From an uncultured Candidatus Saccharibacteria bacterium (GTDB taxonomy: Bacteria; Patescibacteriota; Minisyncoccia; UBA6257; UBA11618), in the NCBI GenBank assembly GCA_964362125.1, contig CAYICS010000001.1:18052-82051 (forward strand): DNA of 64,000 nucleotides, in the 5' to 3' direction. The stretch's first letter is position 1. Each line of letters begins with the position of its first letter. Position numbers and translations under genes: made by a program. Shown piece after piece: positions 8,161 through 17,520 of the stretch. The notes beneath the pieces were generated by a model, which was given only the letters and a program-made list of their open reading frames with translations, was not told where the DNA came from and did not search any database.

Positions 8161-8904
8161 ATGGGGCTAACAACAAGATTTGGCCTGGTATTTGGTATTG
8201 CCCTAGGACTTTTTGTTGTCTTAGTAATTTTTGGCAACCTCATTGGCCCGCCCACCCGACCCAATTTAGATCGGGTAGCCGGCGCCCCCGGCCTCCAGAC
8301 TGTGTATAACTTCCAGCAGATTGTTGCTCCCAGCCGTTACTTTAATCCTGTTACCAATCAAAACCTGACTAAAAGCTTGGCGGCTGTTATTGGCCGCAAT
8401 ATCGTAGAATTAAACCCGAAGGGGCCGCGGGCCTTCGATAGTCAGGGACAATTTTTAGGGGTGGCGGAAGCTGATGACGTGGCTGAAGCGGCACTGGCTG
8501 AAGCGCTCAAAAATTTTGACCAAAGTTCCTTCCGGCCGGCCATTGACCGGGAGCAAATAAAAATCAGTGATCAGCAGACAAAAGACAGCTACAAAAAATC
8601 CTTAGCCGCCATTCTTGAAAATCACTTCCTCAACTCTCCTTTGCCTTGGCGCAATACTTCTCCGGAAACGGCTGTACAAATCATCGGCACCTATAACGTT
8701 CTCCTCAACCAACTTTATAAATTACCAGCGCCGCCGGAACTGGTTGATTATCATCGGGAATTACTAAGTGTTTTCACTGGCCAGAAATTGGTGCTGGAAG
8801 CTTTTAAAAATTCCGAAGCTGATCCGCTGCGGGCAATTTTGGCAGCTGAAATGGTGAAAAATCTTAATCAGGAACTAAAGAGTCTGCTAAAAAACCGACT
8901 ATGA
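8161..8904 (+). CDS. hypothetical membrane-anchored protein (first gene of the T4SS-like cluster)
   Basis: N-terminal TM helix LVFGIALGLFVVLVIFGNLIG. Confidence 0.4.
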   Translation: MGLTTRFGLVFGIALGLFVVLVIFGNLIGPPTRPNLDRVAGAPGLQTVYNFQQIVAPSRYFNPVTNQNLTKSLAAVIGRNIVELNPKGPRAFDSQGQFLGVAEADDVAEAALAEALKNFDQSSFRPAIDREQIKISDQQTKDSYKKSLAAILENHFLNSPLPWRNTSPETAVQIIGTYNVLLNQLYKLPAPPELVDYHRELLSVFTGQKLVLEAFKNSEADPLRAILAAEMVKNLNQELKSLLKNRL

Positions 8905-10322
8905 TCAAAAAAACCCTGACAATTTTTCTCCTGCTGACGATCTTGATTCCGGGAATCATCCGGCCTCACCCAGCCGAAGCTGGGCTGGATGATGTGGTGG
9001 AAAAACTGGCCAATGCCGCTGATGCCATCACCGGCGGCATGGGATTCTTTGTGGACTTTTTTGTGAAAACAGCGGTGGAGGTGGCTAAAAAACGGCTTTT
9101 AGATGCAGTCGTGGACCAAATTATTGTTTCGATTGAAGGCGGCGGCCAGCCAATGTTTGTTCAGGATTGGAAGGGCTTCTTGGAACAATATGTCAATGTC
9201 GCCACCGGCGATGTAGTAGAGGCCCTGGGTTTAGGGGCTGTCTGTCGGCCCTTCGGCATCCAACTCCAGCTGGCCTTGTTTCAACCACCCCGCTTCAGCA
9301 ACCAGATTACTTGTACCCTTGATCAAATTGTCGGCAACATCGTTAATTTCTATGAAGATTTCCGCCATGGCGGTTTCATCGCCTACCGCGAGATCTGGCA
9401 GCCGCAAAATAACTTCTACGGCGCCCTGCTGATGGCGATGAACGAAAAGAATAAAAGAATCTTTGCCAACATCTACGCCGCCACCCAAGAGGCGGCGGCC
9501 GGCAGTGGTTATCTGGGCATCAGAAAATGTGATGCCACTGGCCGCTTCTGCTACATCCAAACTCCCGGCACCCAAGTGGGCGCTCTATTGGCTAAGGCCT
9601 ATGGCTCTAAAATCGACTGGCTGATTAATACCCGCGACTTGGCTGGCTACACCGCGGCTGTGGCTGATGCCTTAATCATCCGCCTGACCCGCGAAGGCGT
9701 CTTCGCTCTGCGCAGTTACGCCCAAGACCTGCCTTCTTCTCAAGAAATCTACGCCCGGGCCACTGGAGAAATTCCTGACGACCGCGATCGCTGTGCCAAC
9801 TTAACCGGCACCTTCCTTGAAGACTGCCGTGCCGCCCAAATTATTGAAGAAGGTAATCTGCAAAGCAACCGACGCGCTCTCATTAACCAAATTAACCTCA
9901 CTCTCAGACCACTGCAGTCAGCTGAAGAAAGTTTGCGACAGTCTTTAGCTAAACAAGAAAGTCTGGTTAACGGCCTGACTGAATTAAGACAATGCCAACT
10001 GGGACGGGGCCAGCAGCGAGGCGATACAGAAACTGAACTGGAAACAGCCAACAATCAATTGGGCTCTATTACTCTGGAATTAAGTGATATCAACAGCATC
10101 ACTACCAGCATCTTGAACACCCGGCTGGAACTGGAAAACCCGCCCACCCCCAACCCCTATGTCTTAACTCAAATCTTCAGGCAAGCCGAACCCCTGCTTA
10201 ACCCGCCTGAAGCTAATCGTCTCAAAATTGATAAACAAGCCCAACTGACAACTATCACTGCTCAAGTTAACCCCCGTCTTCAGAAGATACCTGTAGAAAT
10301 ACAACGATGCGCCAACAACTAG
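8901..10322 (+). CDS. hypothetical secreted protein (473 aa) of the T4SS-like cluster
   Basis: Signal peptide MIKKTLTIFLLLTILIPGII...AEA; multiple Cys; C-terminal coiled coil; start overlaps the previous stop. Confidence 0.4.
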   Translation: MIKKTLTIFLLLTILIPGIIRPHPAEAGLDDVVEKLANAADAITGGMGFFVDFFVKTAVEVAKKRLLDAVVDQIIVSIEGGGQPMFVQDWKGFLEQYVNVATGDVVEALGLGAVCRPFGIQLQLALFQPPRFSNQITCTLDQIVGNIVNFYEDFRHGGFIAYREIWQPQNNFYGALLMAMNEKNKRIFANIYAATQEAAAGSGYLGIRKCDATGRFCYIQTPGTQVGALLAKAYGSKIDWLINTRDLAGYTAAVADALIIRLTREGVFALRSYAQDLPSSQEIYARATGEIPDDRDRCANLTGTFLEDCRAAQIIEEGNLQSNRRALINQINLTLRPLQSAEESLRQSLAKQESLVNGLTELRQCQLGRGQQRGDTETELETANNQLGSITLELSDINSITTSILNTRLELENPPTPNPYVLTQIFRQAEPLLNPPEANRLKIDKQAQLTTITAQVNPRLQKIPVEIQRCANN

Positions 10323-13264
10323 TTTTCAGTTTAATATTGCTTTTACTGATACCCCTGACAGCCTTGGCCGCTCAAGACAGTGTGGCTAGTTTGGCCAGTG
10401 AAGCGGCCGGCGGCTTGATGGGTATTTTTGGCGGGCTGACACTGGAGATGCTGGAATTTATCCTCTCTTATGTCAATCTGGCCATCAGCTTTATTGGCGG
10501 AGCGGTCTTTGTCCTGGCCGGGCTGTTCATTCAAACAGCTCTCTTACTCAACGCCACCATCCTTGATAACGAATGGGTACTGGTCGGCTGGCGCATTGTC
10601 CGCGATCTGGCCAACCTTGGTTTTGTCATTGCCATCATCATTATTGCCTTTGCCACCATGCTTCAGTTGGAAAACTACGGAGCGAAAAAAATGTTGGTGA
10701 TATTAGTGATGGCGGCGGTCTTGATTAATTTCAGTTTGGCCATCGCCGGCGTCTTTATTGACTTCTCCAATGTCTTTACTGCCTTGTTTGTGAAAAAAGC
10801 CATCGGCGGCGGGTCGGCCGATGCCTTTTCTTTGGATAATCTCAATCGTTTTGCCGGCAATCTGGCCTATGCCTTCTCCCCCCAAAAACTGCTCGAGACC
10901 AATGATAATCCCGATATCTACAAATCTATTGGGACTTCAATGGCAGGGATGATATCGCTTTTTGCCTCAACCTTTTTTCTTTTTCTTTTTACCACCCTGG
11001 CCGCCTTGTCAATGCTGGCAATCGCTTTAATGCTGTTGGTGCGCTATGTCAATCTCAGCCTCCTGCTGATTCTTCTGCCCGGAGCGGTGCTGGCCCTGAC
11101 CCTGCCTAAAATGGAAAAGTACTGGAGTCTTTGGGTTAATAAATTCTTCAGTCAGATCATCTATCTCCCGGCAGCTACTTTCTTTATTTACCTGACTATT
11201 ATCTTTGTTGATCTTAAAGCCCAAGCGGAAAAATCAGGGATGGCGGCTGAGAGTCGCCAACATCTGGCTTTTCTGGTTGATCAGCAGAGCGGCAATGCTT
11301 TTTCTGGTTTTCTCGGCTTAATGGCCCAACCCTTTGCTCACATTGCCCAGATGATTGTGGTGATCTTTATCCTGACTTTGGGAATGAAAACAGCCGCGGC
11401 TGTTGGTGATGGCGGCGCCGCCGCTATTGTTGGTATGTTCAATACTGCCCGGGGCTGGGTGATGGGTCAGGTTAAGGGTCGGGCCAAACAAGCTGGCGGA
11501 CTGGCCGCCCGAGCGGCTCTGCGGACCGGCGGCCCGGAGAAAGGGCTGGGCGCCCGGATGACCAACTTGATGGCCCGCATTCCCGGCTTGCGCCGCCTAG
11601 CAGCGCCCTTACAAGGATTTATCTCCGGCTCTAAAGAAAATATTGATCGCTACGCTAAAGAATACGAACAAATGGGCAAGCAGGGCGCTCTTAATATTGC
11701 CCGCAGTCCGGGATTGTTGGGTGAACAGAATCCGGAGCGGCGAACGGCTCTGGCCCGGGTGATTGCTGAAAAAGGCTGGCTTAGTGAAGAAGGTGGTGGT
11801 AAAGGCCTAACTGCCAAAGAATTTGAGCCGTTCCTGACCACTGCTGAAAAATGGGGGGTGAAGAAAGAAGATTTGCTAAGAGTGGCTCCCCAGCTTTATT
11901 CAGCTTTTGGTTACAAATCTGATCCAGCTGAGCTGGATAAGCTGGTGGCTGAGCTTTATAGAACTGACGAAGATGTTGACAAGATTAGCGCCGGCGCTTT
12001 GGAGAACCTGGAAATTGTCAGTCGCCTCACATCTCAACAAACCAAGCGAATTATTCAGCGCGGCAGTTATGAAAAGAGACGGACTTTAATTAGAACCCTC
12101 AATCGGCTCGATGAGCCGCTAATGCCTGTGGAGATGAGCCGGAAACTAGCCATTATGGTTCAAGGATTCAAAAATCTGAGAACCACCCCTAACTTAAGCG
12201 GGATTAGAGAGGTGCCGGACTTGATTACCAAAGCTGAGGCAGCGGCAGGAGCGGTTTGGCCGGCAACGACAGCGGCAACTCCGCCGCCAACCCTGCCTCT
12301 GCCGCCGGCGCCGCCAGTTCCAACCAGACCAGATACCACGCCGGCGACGCCATTAGCCGGCTGGCCGGCTGGCAGGCCCACAGTCCTGCCTCAACCTGAA
12401 CCAACCCCACCAATCTTGCCTCTACCCCCAACCCCGCCGACTGCAGGCCCGGCGCCGACCCCCCCAGCTCCGCCAACACCACCTCTGCCGCCAATAGCGC
12501 CACCTCTACCACCGGCGCCAACGACGCCGCCAGCCCCTCCCAGCAGACCAATTCTATCAACACCTCCGGCTTCTCCTACTGCGCCGCCGGCAACACCACC
12601 CGGGCCTCCGGCACCGCCACTACCACCAACACCGCCAACACCAACACCACCAGCTCCAACTACTCCACCCACTCCACCGGTCCCGCCAGCTCCGCCTGCC
12701 TCTCCGACACCCTTAAGACCGCCTGCGCCCCCAACTCCACCGACTGCGCCGCCAGCTCCGCCAGTACCACCTACTGGGGGGCCGCCTACTCCTCCAACTC
12801 CGCCGGCTCCAGTAAGGCCGGGACCACCGGCTCCTCCACCAGCGCCGCCAACGCCAACGCCGCCGACACCACCACCCCCACCAGCGCCAATACCGCCGGC
12901 GCCGCCAGTTCCAACCAGACCAGATACCACGCCGGCGACGCCATTAGCCGGCTGGCCGGCTGGCAGGCCCACAGTCCTGCCTCAACCTGAACCAACCCCA
13001 CTCACTCCACCAACCCCACTCACTCCCCCGACTCCACCAGCTCCTCCTCCAGCAGTTAGGCCGGCCGCTACTCTTCAAGAACGAATTGAATATGCTCGCT
13101 GGAAAGTTAACGCCTCGCGTCAAGATCTAGAACACTTGCAAGAAACTGTGCCCAATCCCCAGCACACAGTCATTACCTCAGCCCGCCAAAACCTGCGCCG
13201 GGCAGAAAGAGAATTAGCCCGACTCCAACAACAAACCTCCCCTGATGGTTTACCAATCCAATGA
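10307..13264 (+). CDS. VirB6/TrbL-like polytopic membrane protein with a ~270-aa Pro/Thr/Ala-rich linker and C-terminal coiled coil
   Basis: Signal peptide plus about 7-8 TM helices in the first 400 aa; low-complexity PTPP/PAPP region 12240-13060 containing a perfect 107-bp internal direct repeat. Confidence 0.45.
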   Translation: MRQQLVFSLILLLLIPLTALAAQDSVASLASEAAGGLMGIFGGLTLEMLEFILSYVNLAISFIGGAVFVLAGLFIQTALLLNATILDNEWVLVGWRIVRDLANLGFVIAIIIIAFATMLQLENYGAKKMLVILVMAAVLINFSLAIAGVFIDFSNVFTALFVKKAIGGGSADAFSLDNLNRFAGNLAYAFSPQKLLETNDNPDIYKSIGTSMAGMISLFASTFFLFLFTTLAALSMLAIALMLLVRYVNLSLLLILLPGAVLALTLPKMEKYWSLWVNKFFSQIIYLPAATFFIYLTIIFVDLKAQAEKSGMAAESRQHLAFLVDQQSGNAFSGFLGLMAQPFAHIAQMIVVIFILTLGMKTAAAVGDGGAAAIVGMFNTARGWVMGQVKGRAKQAGGLAARAALRTGGPEKGLGARMTNLMARIPGLRRLAAPLQGFISGSKENIDRYAKEYEQMGKQGALNIARSPGLLGEQNPERRTALARVIAEKGWLSEEGGGKGLTAKEFEPFLTTAEKWGVKKEDLLRVAPQLYSAFGYKSDPAELDKLVAELYRTDEDVDKISAGALENLEIVSRLTSQQTKRIIQRGSYEKRRTLIRTLNRLDEPLMPVEMSRKLAIMVQGFKNLRTTPNLSGIREVPDLITKAEAAAGAVWPATTAATPPPTLPLPPAPPVPTRPDTTPATPLAGWPAGRPTVLPQPEPTPPILPLPPTPPTAGPAPTPPAPPTPPLPPIAPPLPPAPTTPPAPPSRPILSTPPASPTAPPATPPGPPAPPLPPTPPTPTPPAPTTPPTPPVPPAPPASPTPLRPPAPPTPPTAPPAPPVPPTGGPPTPPTPPAPVRPGPPAPPPAPPTPTPPTPPPPPAPIPPAPPVPTRPDTTPATPLAGWPAGRPTVLPQPEPTPLTPPTPLTPPTPPAPPPAVRPAATLQERIEYARWKVNASRQDLEHLQETVPNPQHTVITSARQNLRRAERELARLQQQTSPDGLPIQ
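12304..12410 (+). repeat. 107-bp perfect direct repeat, copy 1 (encodes PAPPVPTRPDTTPATPLAGWPAGRPTVLPQPEPTP)
   Basis: Identical to 12895-13001. Confidence 0.85.
12895..13001 (+). repeat. 107-bp perfect direct repeat, copy 2
   Basis: Identical to 12304-12410, 591 bp downstream, inside the same CDS. Confidence 0.85.
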
Positions 13265-13994
13265 TTACTCTGATTACTCTCCAAAAAAGCAAAAATCAAT
13301 GTTTGGGGGTGAGACCCCCAAACATTCATTCAAACAAATGATTGCTCAAGAGAAAGTAGAAAAACTTCATCTGGTCTTCAGCGCCCTCCCCCAAGAGGCG
13401 CAGGATTGGCTGGGCTCAGAAGAAGCGGCCCGGCTGACTGAAGAAATTAACAGCCGCCATGGCCTGACCAGCGGCCAGGAGTATCTGATCCCGGAATTAT
13501 TATTCCGCTTGGTCACTGATGATTTAGCGCCTTCAGAATTTACCGCTGCCCTAAAAGATGCGCTAAAACTCGACCTTGAAACCAGCCGGGTTGTCACCAA
13601 AGAAATCAGAGAGAAAATTCTTGAACCCATTGCCCAGCCGCTGGGAATTTTAGGCATTGACTTGGGGCAGATGGCTTATGTAAACCTGACCCCGCAACCT
13701 CCCACAGCACCCGCACCGAGCGCCCCACCCCCAACCATCAACCAACCTCCGTCATTTCCGCCCCCTGATCAACCATTCATTATCCACCAAGAAGGCGTGG
13801 TGGCGCCGATTGGACCAATCAGACCCATCAATCCCATTGGTCCAACGGGCCGGACACCGCCCGCCAATCCTCCTAAAGTTATTATTGAACGAGTGGTCCA
13901 TTACAATCCCCACCTCACGCCCCTCACCCGGATGCAACCCCAAATAAAGGTCGGAGGGAAAATAAAAGTTCCTAAGTCGAGATGGTTTGTTTAA
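13245..13994 (+). CDS. hypothetical protein with Pro-rich C-terminal half
   Basis: ORF; likely true start at MFGGETPK (~13299). Confidence 0.35.
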   Translation: MVYQSNDYSDYSPKKQKSMFGGETPKHSFKQMIAQEKVEKLHLVFSALPQEAQDWLGSEEAARLTEEINSRHGLTSGQEYLIPELLFRLVTDDLAPSEFTAALKDALKLDLETSRVVTKEIREKILEPIAQPLGILGIDLGQMAYVNLTPQPPTAPAPSAPPPTINQPPSFPPPDQPFIIHQEGVVAPIGPIRPINPIGPTGRTPPANPPKVIIERVVHYNPHLTPLTRMQPQIKVGGKIKVPKSRWFV

Positions 13995-14010
13995 AAGCGA
14001 CACCAATGCG

Positions 14011-14064
14011 CACACGAATACACACGAATGACACGAAAATTTTCGTGTGTGCCCTTTCGTGTGG
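14011..14064. promoter_or_regulatory. Array of CACACGAA motifs in both orientations, including the perfect palindrome acacgaaaattttcgtgt, upstream of the virB3-like gene
   Basis: cacacgaat acacacgaat gacacgaaaattttcgtgtgtg ccctttcgtgtgg; candidate operator/promoter for the virB3-virB4 operon. Confidence 0.45.
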
Positions 14065-14088
14065 GCTTTAGCCGGGCTATTCGCATAC

Positions 14089-14553
14089 ATGCAGTACCAA
14101 GTTCCCCAATTTATCGATGTTGAAGAAAAAATTGTCGGCCCACTGACCCTGAAACAATTCTTCTACCTGGCCGGCGCCTTCCTCATTCTTTTCTTTCTTT
14201 TCTTCATCTTTAAATTATGGCTGTGGCTGATTTTGGCGGTGATTATCGGCGGCGGCGCCATCGCCTTGGCTTTTGTCAAATACAACGGCCGGCCGTTGAC
14301 GATCATGATCAGGGCGATGCTGAGCTATTTCTGGCGGCCCCGCCGTTACAGCTGGCAGACCACCGGGCGTCCTTTAGGCGGGAAATTGGGGGAATTGGAA
14401 CTACAGCTAAAAACTTCCACTCAACCCATTGCTAAAAGAGAGCGGGGGTGGCTGGGTCGGATTTTTGGCGGCGGCAAAGCCGAAGAAAAATTCGAAATTT
14501 TAAGAAAAATCAGCGGCGAAAAAGAAGTCGCCCGGAGAATAGATTACAGATAG
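14089..14553 (+). CDS. VirB3-like T4SS protein (PrgI family; two TM helices)
   Basis: VPQFIDVEEKIVGPLTLKQFFYLAGAFLILFF matches the PrgI/ConD/VirB3-like signature (kI.GpltlrQf.yl), and it sits immediately upstream of virB4. The ORF-track start at 14047 is probably an over-extension. Confidence 0.5.
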   Translation: MQYQVPQFIDVEEKIVGPLTLKQFFYLAGAFLILFFLFFIFKLWLWLILAVIIGGGAIALAFVKYNGRPLTIMIRAMLSYFWRPRRYSWQTTGRPLGGKLGELELQLKTSTQPIAKRERGWLGRIFGGGKAEEKFEILRKISGEKEVARRIDYR

Positions 14554-14830
14554 ATGTACTAAGCCATAAGCCATAAGCCGTAAGCCATAAATCCTAAACT
14601 CTAAATCCTAAACAAATGACAATCATCCAAACTACAAATTCTAAACCCGAGTTTGGGATTTATGATTTAGATATTAGAATTTGTTTAGAGATTACCTGCC
14701 CGCCATCGGCCTGAGCCGAAGGCACTGGCAGGCGGGGAGATTAGAGCTTAGAGCTTTATAAATACCCTACCCCCTAAACGCTAAACCCTAAACGCTAAAC
14801 CCTAAACCCTAAACCCTAAACCACATACCC
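14554..14830. repeat. Heptamer-periodic spacer between virB3-like and virB4: (TAAGCCA)4, (TAAATCC/TAAACTC), ... (CCCTAAA/CGCTAAA)7, with an embedded 44-nt GC-rich hairpin element
   Basis: 7-bp register maintained. The telomere-like CCCTAAA run at 14786-14825 is the reverse complement of the 7965-8000 run. Confidence 0.8.
14694..14738. repeat. 42-44-nt GC-rich palindromic element, copy 1 (cctgcccgccatcggcctgagccgaaggcactggcaggcgggg), flanked by gagatta direct repeats
   Basis: Near-identical copy at 48027-48068 (2 substitutions plus a compensatory change in the inner stem). Confidence 0.7.
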
Positions 14831-15445
14831 TTGACCAAAGAAACTTTACCCACTCAAGAGCTGATCCCAATTGAAGATATCAAAAACGATACCCTGATTT
14901 TAAACAATGGCGGCCTGCGGAAAATTCTGCTGGTCTCGGGAGTGAATTTAGAATTGAAGTCAGAACAGGAACAGGAACTGACGATTCTCACTTACCAGGA
15001 TTTGATTAACTCCCTTGATTTTCCTATCCAGCAGCTGATTCACACCCGGAAACTTAATATTGAAGACTACCTGCGGAAAATTGGTCTGCGTCAGCAAAAC
15101 GAAAAACAACCCCTCTTGAAAAATCTTATTGAAGACTACCAGAAATTTGTCGGTGATTTTGTCAGCCAAAATCCCATTATGACCAAAAGTTTTTTCCTGG
15201 TTGTCCCTCATCAACCCCTGGCCAGCTTAAAACAAACAGGGAGGGCAGTCCGGAAAGGAGTCCTCGGCATCTTCCGCCGCCAGCCAGGGACTTTGATTGA
15301 AGCCGCTGAAGAAGACTTCCGGCAATTAGAACAAAAAGTTGAAAAAATTATCAATAACTTGGCCCAGATCGGTCTGCGCGCCCTGCCCCTTAATCGCGAA
15401 GAAATTTCCGAACTGCTTTACAATCTCTATAACCCAACTAATTAA
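14831..15445 (+). CDS. VirB4/TraE-like protein, N-terminal domain fragment (204 aa)
   Basis: IEDIKNDTLILNNGGLRKILLVSGVNLELKSEQEQELTILTYQDLINSLDFPIQQLI matches the N-terminus of Gram-positive VirB4 homologues (PrgJ/TrsE/ConE). Ends at TAA 15446-15448, 3 nt before the ATPase ORF. Confidence 0.5.
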   Translation: MTKETLPTQELIPIEDIKNDTLILNNGGLRKILLVSGVNLELKSEQEQELTILTYQDLINSLDFPIQQLIHTRKLNIEDYLRKIGLRQQNEKQPLLKNLIEDYQKFVGDFVSQNPIMTKSFFLVVPHQPLASLKQTGRAVRKGVLGIFRRQPGTLIEAAEEDFRQLEQKVEKIINNLAQIGLRALPLNREEISELLYNLYNPTN

Positions 15446-15448
15446 ACC

Positions 15449-17144
15449 CATGCCTGAACCACAACCCATTAAAGACATCATTGCTCCACCCGAGATTGTC
15501 ATCCAATCCAACCAACTGCAGGTAGGGAAGAAATTGGTGCGGACACTGTTCTTCTTTACTTATCCTCGTTATTTGGCAGCCGGCTGGTTTCTGCCTATCA
15601 TCAACGCTCCAGAATTGATGGATGTCGCCATCTACCTCCACCCCATTGATACCGCCACCGCTCTCAAGAACTTGCGGCGCAAGGCCGCCCACATTGAGGC
15701 CCAGGTTATTGAGCAGGAAGAAAAAGGACTGGTGCGCAGCCCGATGCTGGAAACCGCCCTGCGGGATGTCGAGAGTCTGCGGGACACCTTGCAACAGGCC
15801 ACGGAACATTTGTTTAATGTGGCTGTCTATATCAGTTTCTATGCTGATACAGCCGAAGAATTAGACAAAGTCGAGGCCCGGGTTACCAATCTCCTCGAAA
15901 GCAAGTTGGTGGTGGTAAAAAATGCCCTCTTCCAGGAGAAAGAGGCTTGGCAATCAGTCCTGCCCTTGGCCAACGACCAATTACTAATTCATCACCCGAT
16001 GAACTCCGGGCCGGCCTCCACTTTATTCCCCTTTGTCTCGGCTGATCTAACTGGCGCTGACGGCATCCTTTACGGCATCAACCGCCACAACAACACCCTG
16101 ATTATTTTCGACCGCTTCTCTTTGGAAAATGCCAATATGGTGATTTTTGCCAAATCCGGCGCTGGCAAATCTTACGCCACCAAACTGGAAGCCCTGCGCC
16201 AGTTAATGTTTGGCGTGGATATTCTCATCATCGACCCGGAGGATGAATACCAAAGTCTGGCTGAGGCGGTGGCTGGCAGTTATTTCAAAATTTCCCTGGC
16301 TTCCCAACACCACATTAATCCTTTTGATATTCCGGTTCTGCCTGAAGGCGAAGATCCGGGCGATATTTTAAAATCACATCTGGTCACTTTGGCTGGTCTG
16401 ATCAAAATAATGGTGGGCAAAGTCAAGCCTGAAGAAGAGGGGATTTTAGACCGGGCCCTGATTGAAACCTACGCTCTCCAAGACATTGTTCCGGGAAAAG
16501 ATTTTAGCCGCAAAGAAGCGCCCCGCCTTTCCCAACTCCAGTCAGTTTTGGAAAATATGGAAGGCGGAAAAAGCCTGTCCCAGCGCCTCTACCGCTTTAC
16601 CGAAGGCACCTATGCCGGCTTCACCAACCTCCCCACTAATGTCGATTTGAAAAATCGCTTTATTGTTTTTTCTATTCGCGATTTGGAAAACGAATTGCGG
16701 CCGATCGCTATGTACCTGATCACTCATTATATCTGGAATATTATTAAAGCTCAGCAGAAAAAACGGATTCTCATCATCGATGAGGCCTGGTGGCTGATGC
16801 AGTACCCCGATGGCGCCGCCTTCCTTTTTGGTTTGGTGAAACGGGCGCGTAAATATCTCTTGGGGGTGACCACCATCACCCAAGATGTTGAAGATTTCCT
16901 GCTCTCGGCCTATGGCCGGCCAATTATCACCAACTCTTCTCTGCAATTGTTATTGAAACACTCGCCGGCGATGATGGATGTGGTGGCTAAAACTTTCAAT
17001 CTCACTGAGGGGGAACGGAATTTCCTTTTGGAAACAGCTGTGGGGCAGGGCTTATTCTTCGCCGGCCTCCAGCATGCCGTCATCCAGGTGCTGGCCTCGC
17101 CTTTAGAAAATCAAATTATCACTAAAAAACAAACCAGCCCATGA
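15449..17144 (+). CDS. VirB4-like T4SS ATPase, central and C-terminal domains
   Basis: VRTLFFFTYPRYLAAGWFLPII signature; Walker A FAKSGAGKSYATK; Walker B ILIIDEAWW; C-terminal TTITQDVEDF. Confidence 0.75.
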
Positions 17145-17464
17145 GCAACAATAAAATTTCAGGAATTGAGGCCTTCTTCTTAATCAGTCTCTGCCTGATT
17201 TTTGACCTAATAGATTTAGTGGCCTTAGGCATTGATTTGATACCGGTGGTGGGATTGCCTATAGGAGAAAGTTTGAAATTTATCAATAACTTATTAATCT
17301 CGCTGACGGTGATTTTTTGGCTTACAATTAGAGGAGTTCGCTCTTATTGGTTTTGGGCCGGCAGTCTCGTGGAAACTATCCCGGGCATTAATAGTCTCCC
17401 CACCAGAACTATCACTGTGGTTATTACTCTCTATGCAAATAACAAAGAAGTGGCAACAACTTAG
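17141..17464 (+). CDS. small hydrophobic membrane protein (107 aa)
   Basis: Three predicted TM segments; translationally coupled to virB4 (overlap ATGA). Confidence 0.35.
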   Translation: MSNNKISGIEAFFLISLCLIFDLIDLVALGIDLIPVVGLPIGESLKFINNLLISLTVIFWLTIRGVRSYWFWAGSLVETIPGINSLPTRTITVVITLYANNKEVATT

Positions 17465-17474
17465 TTTAGTTTCT

Positions 17475-17520
17475 CTTATGGCTTATGGCTTATGGCTTAT
17501 CTATGGCTTATGGCTTATAG
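17475..17520 (+). repeat. (TTATGGC) heptamer tandem repeat, 3 perfect and about 3 degenerate copies, covering the start codon and N-terminus of the next gene
   Basis: tcttatggcttatggcttatggcttatctatggcttatggcttatag; each unit contains an ATG. The reverse complement (GCCATAA)4 is present at 14560-14590. Confidence 0.85.

Noticed and set aside
12160-12972. Minus-strand Gly-rich ORFs (12160-12381, 12225-12563, 12391-12972, 12786-13001) that look like glycine-rich proteins
   Set aside because: They are mirror-frame artefacts of the plus-strand Pro/Thr-rich (CCN-rich) linker of the VirB6-like gene; the plus-strand ORF is continuous and part of a coupled operon.
14047-14088. N-terminal extension (MCPFVWALAGLFAY) of the virB3-like ORF, and the overlapping ORF 14217-14435
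   Set aside because: The extension is translated from the CACACGAA operator/palindrome array. The conserved PrgI-like sequence begins at ATG 14089. 14217-14435 is an out-of-frame ORF inside the same gene.
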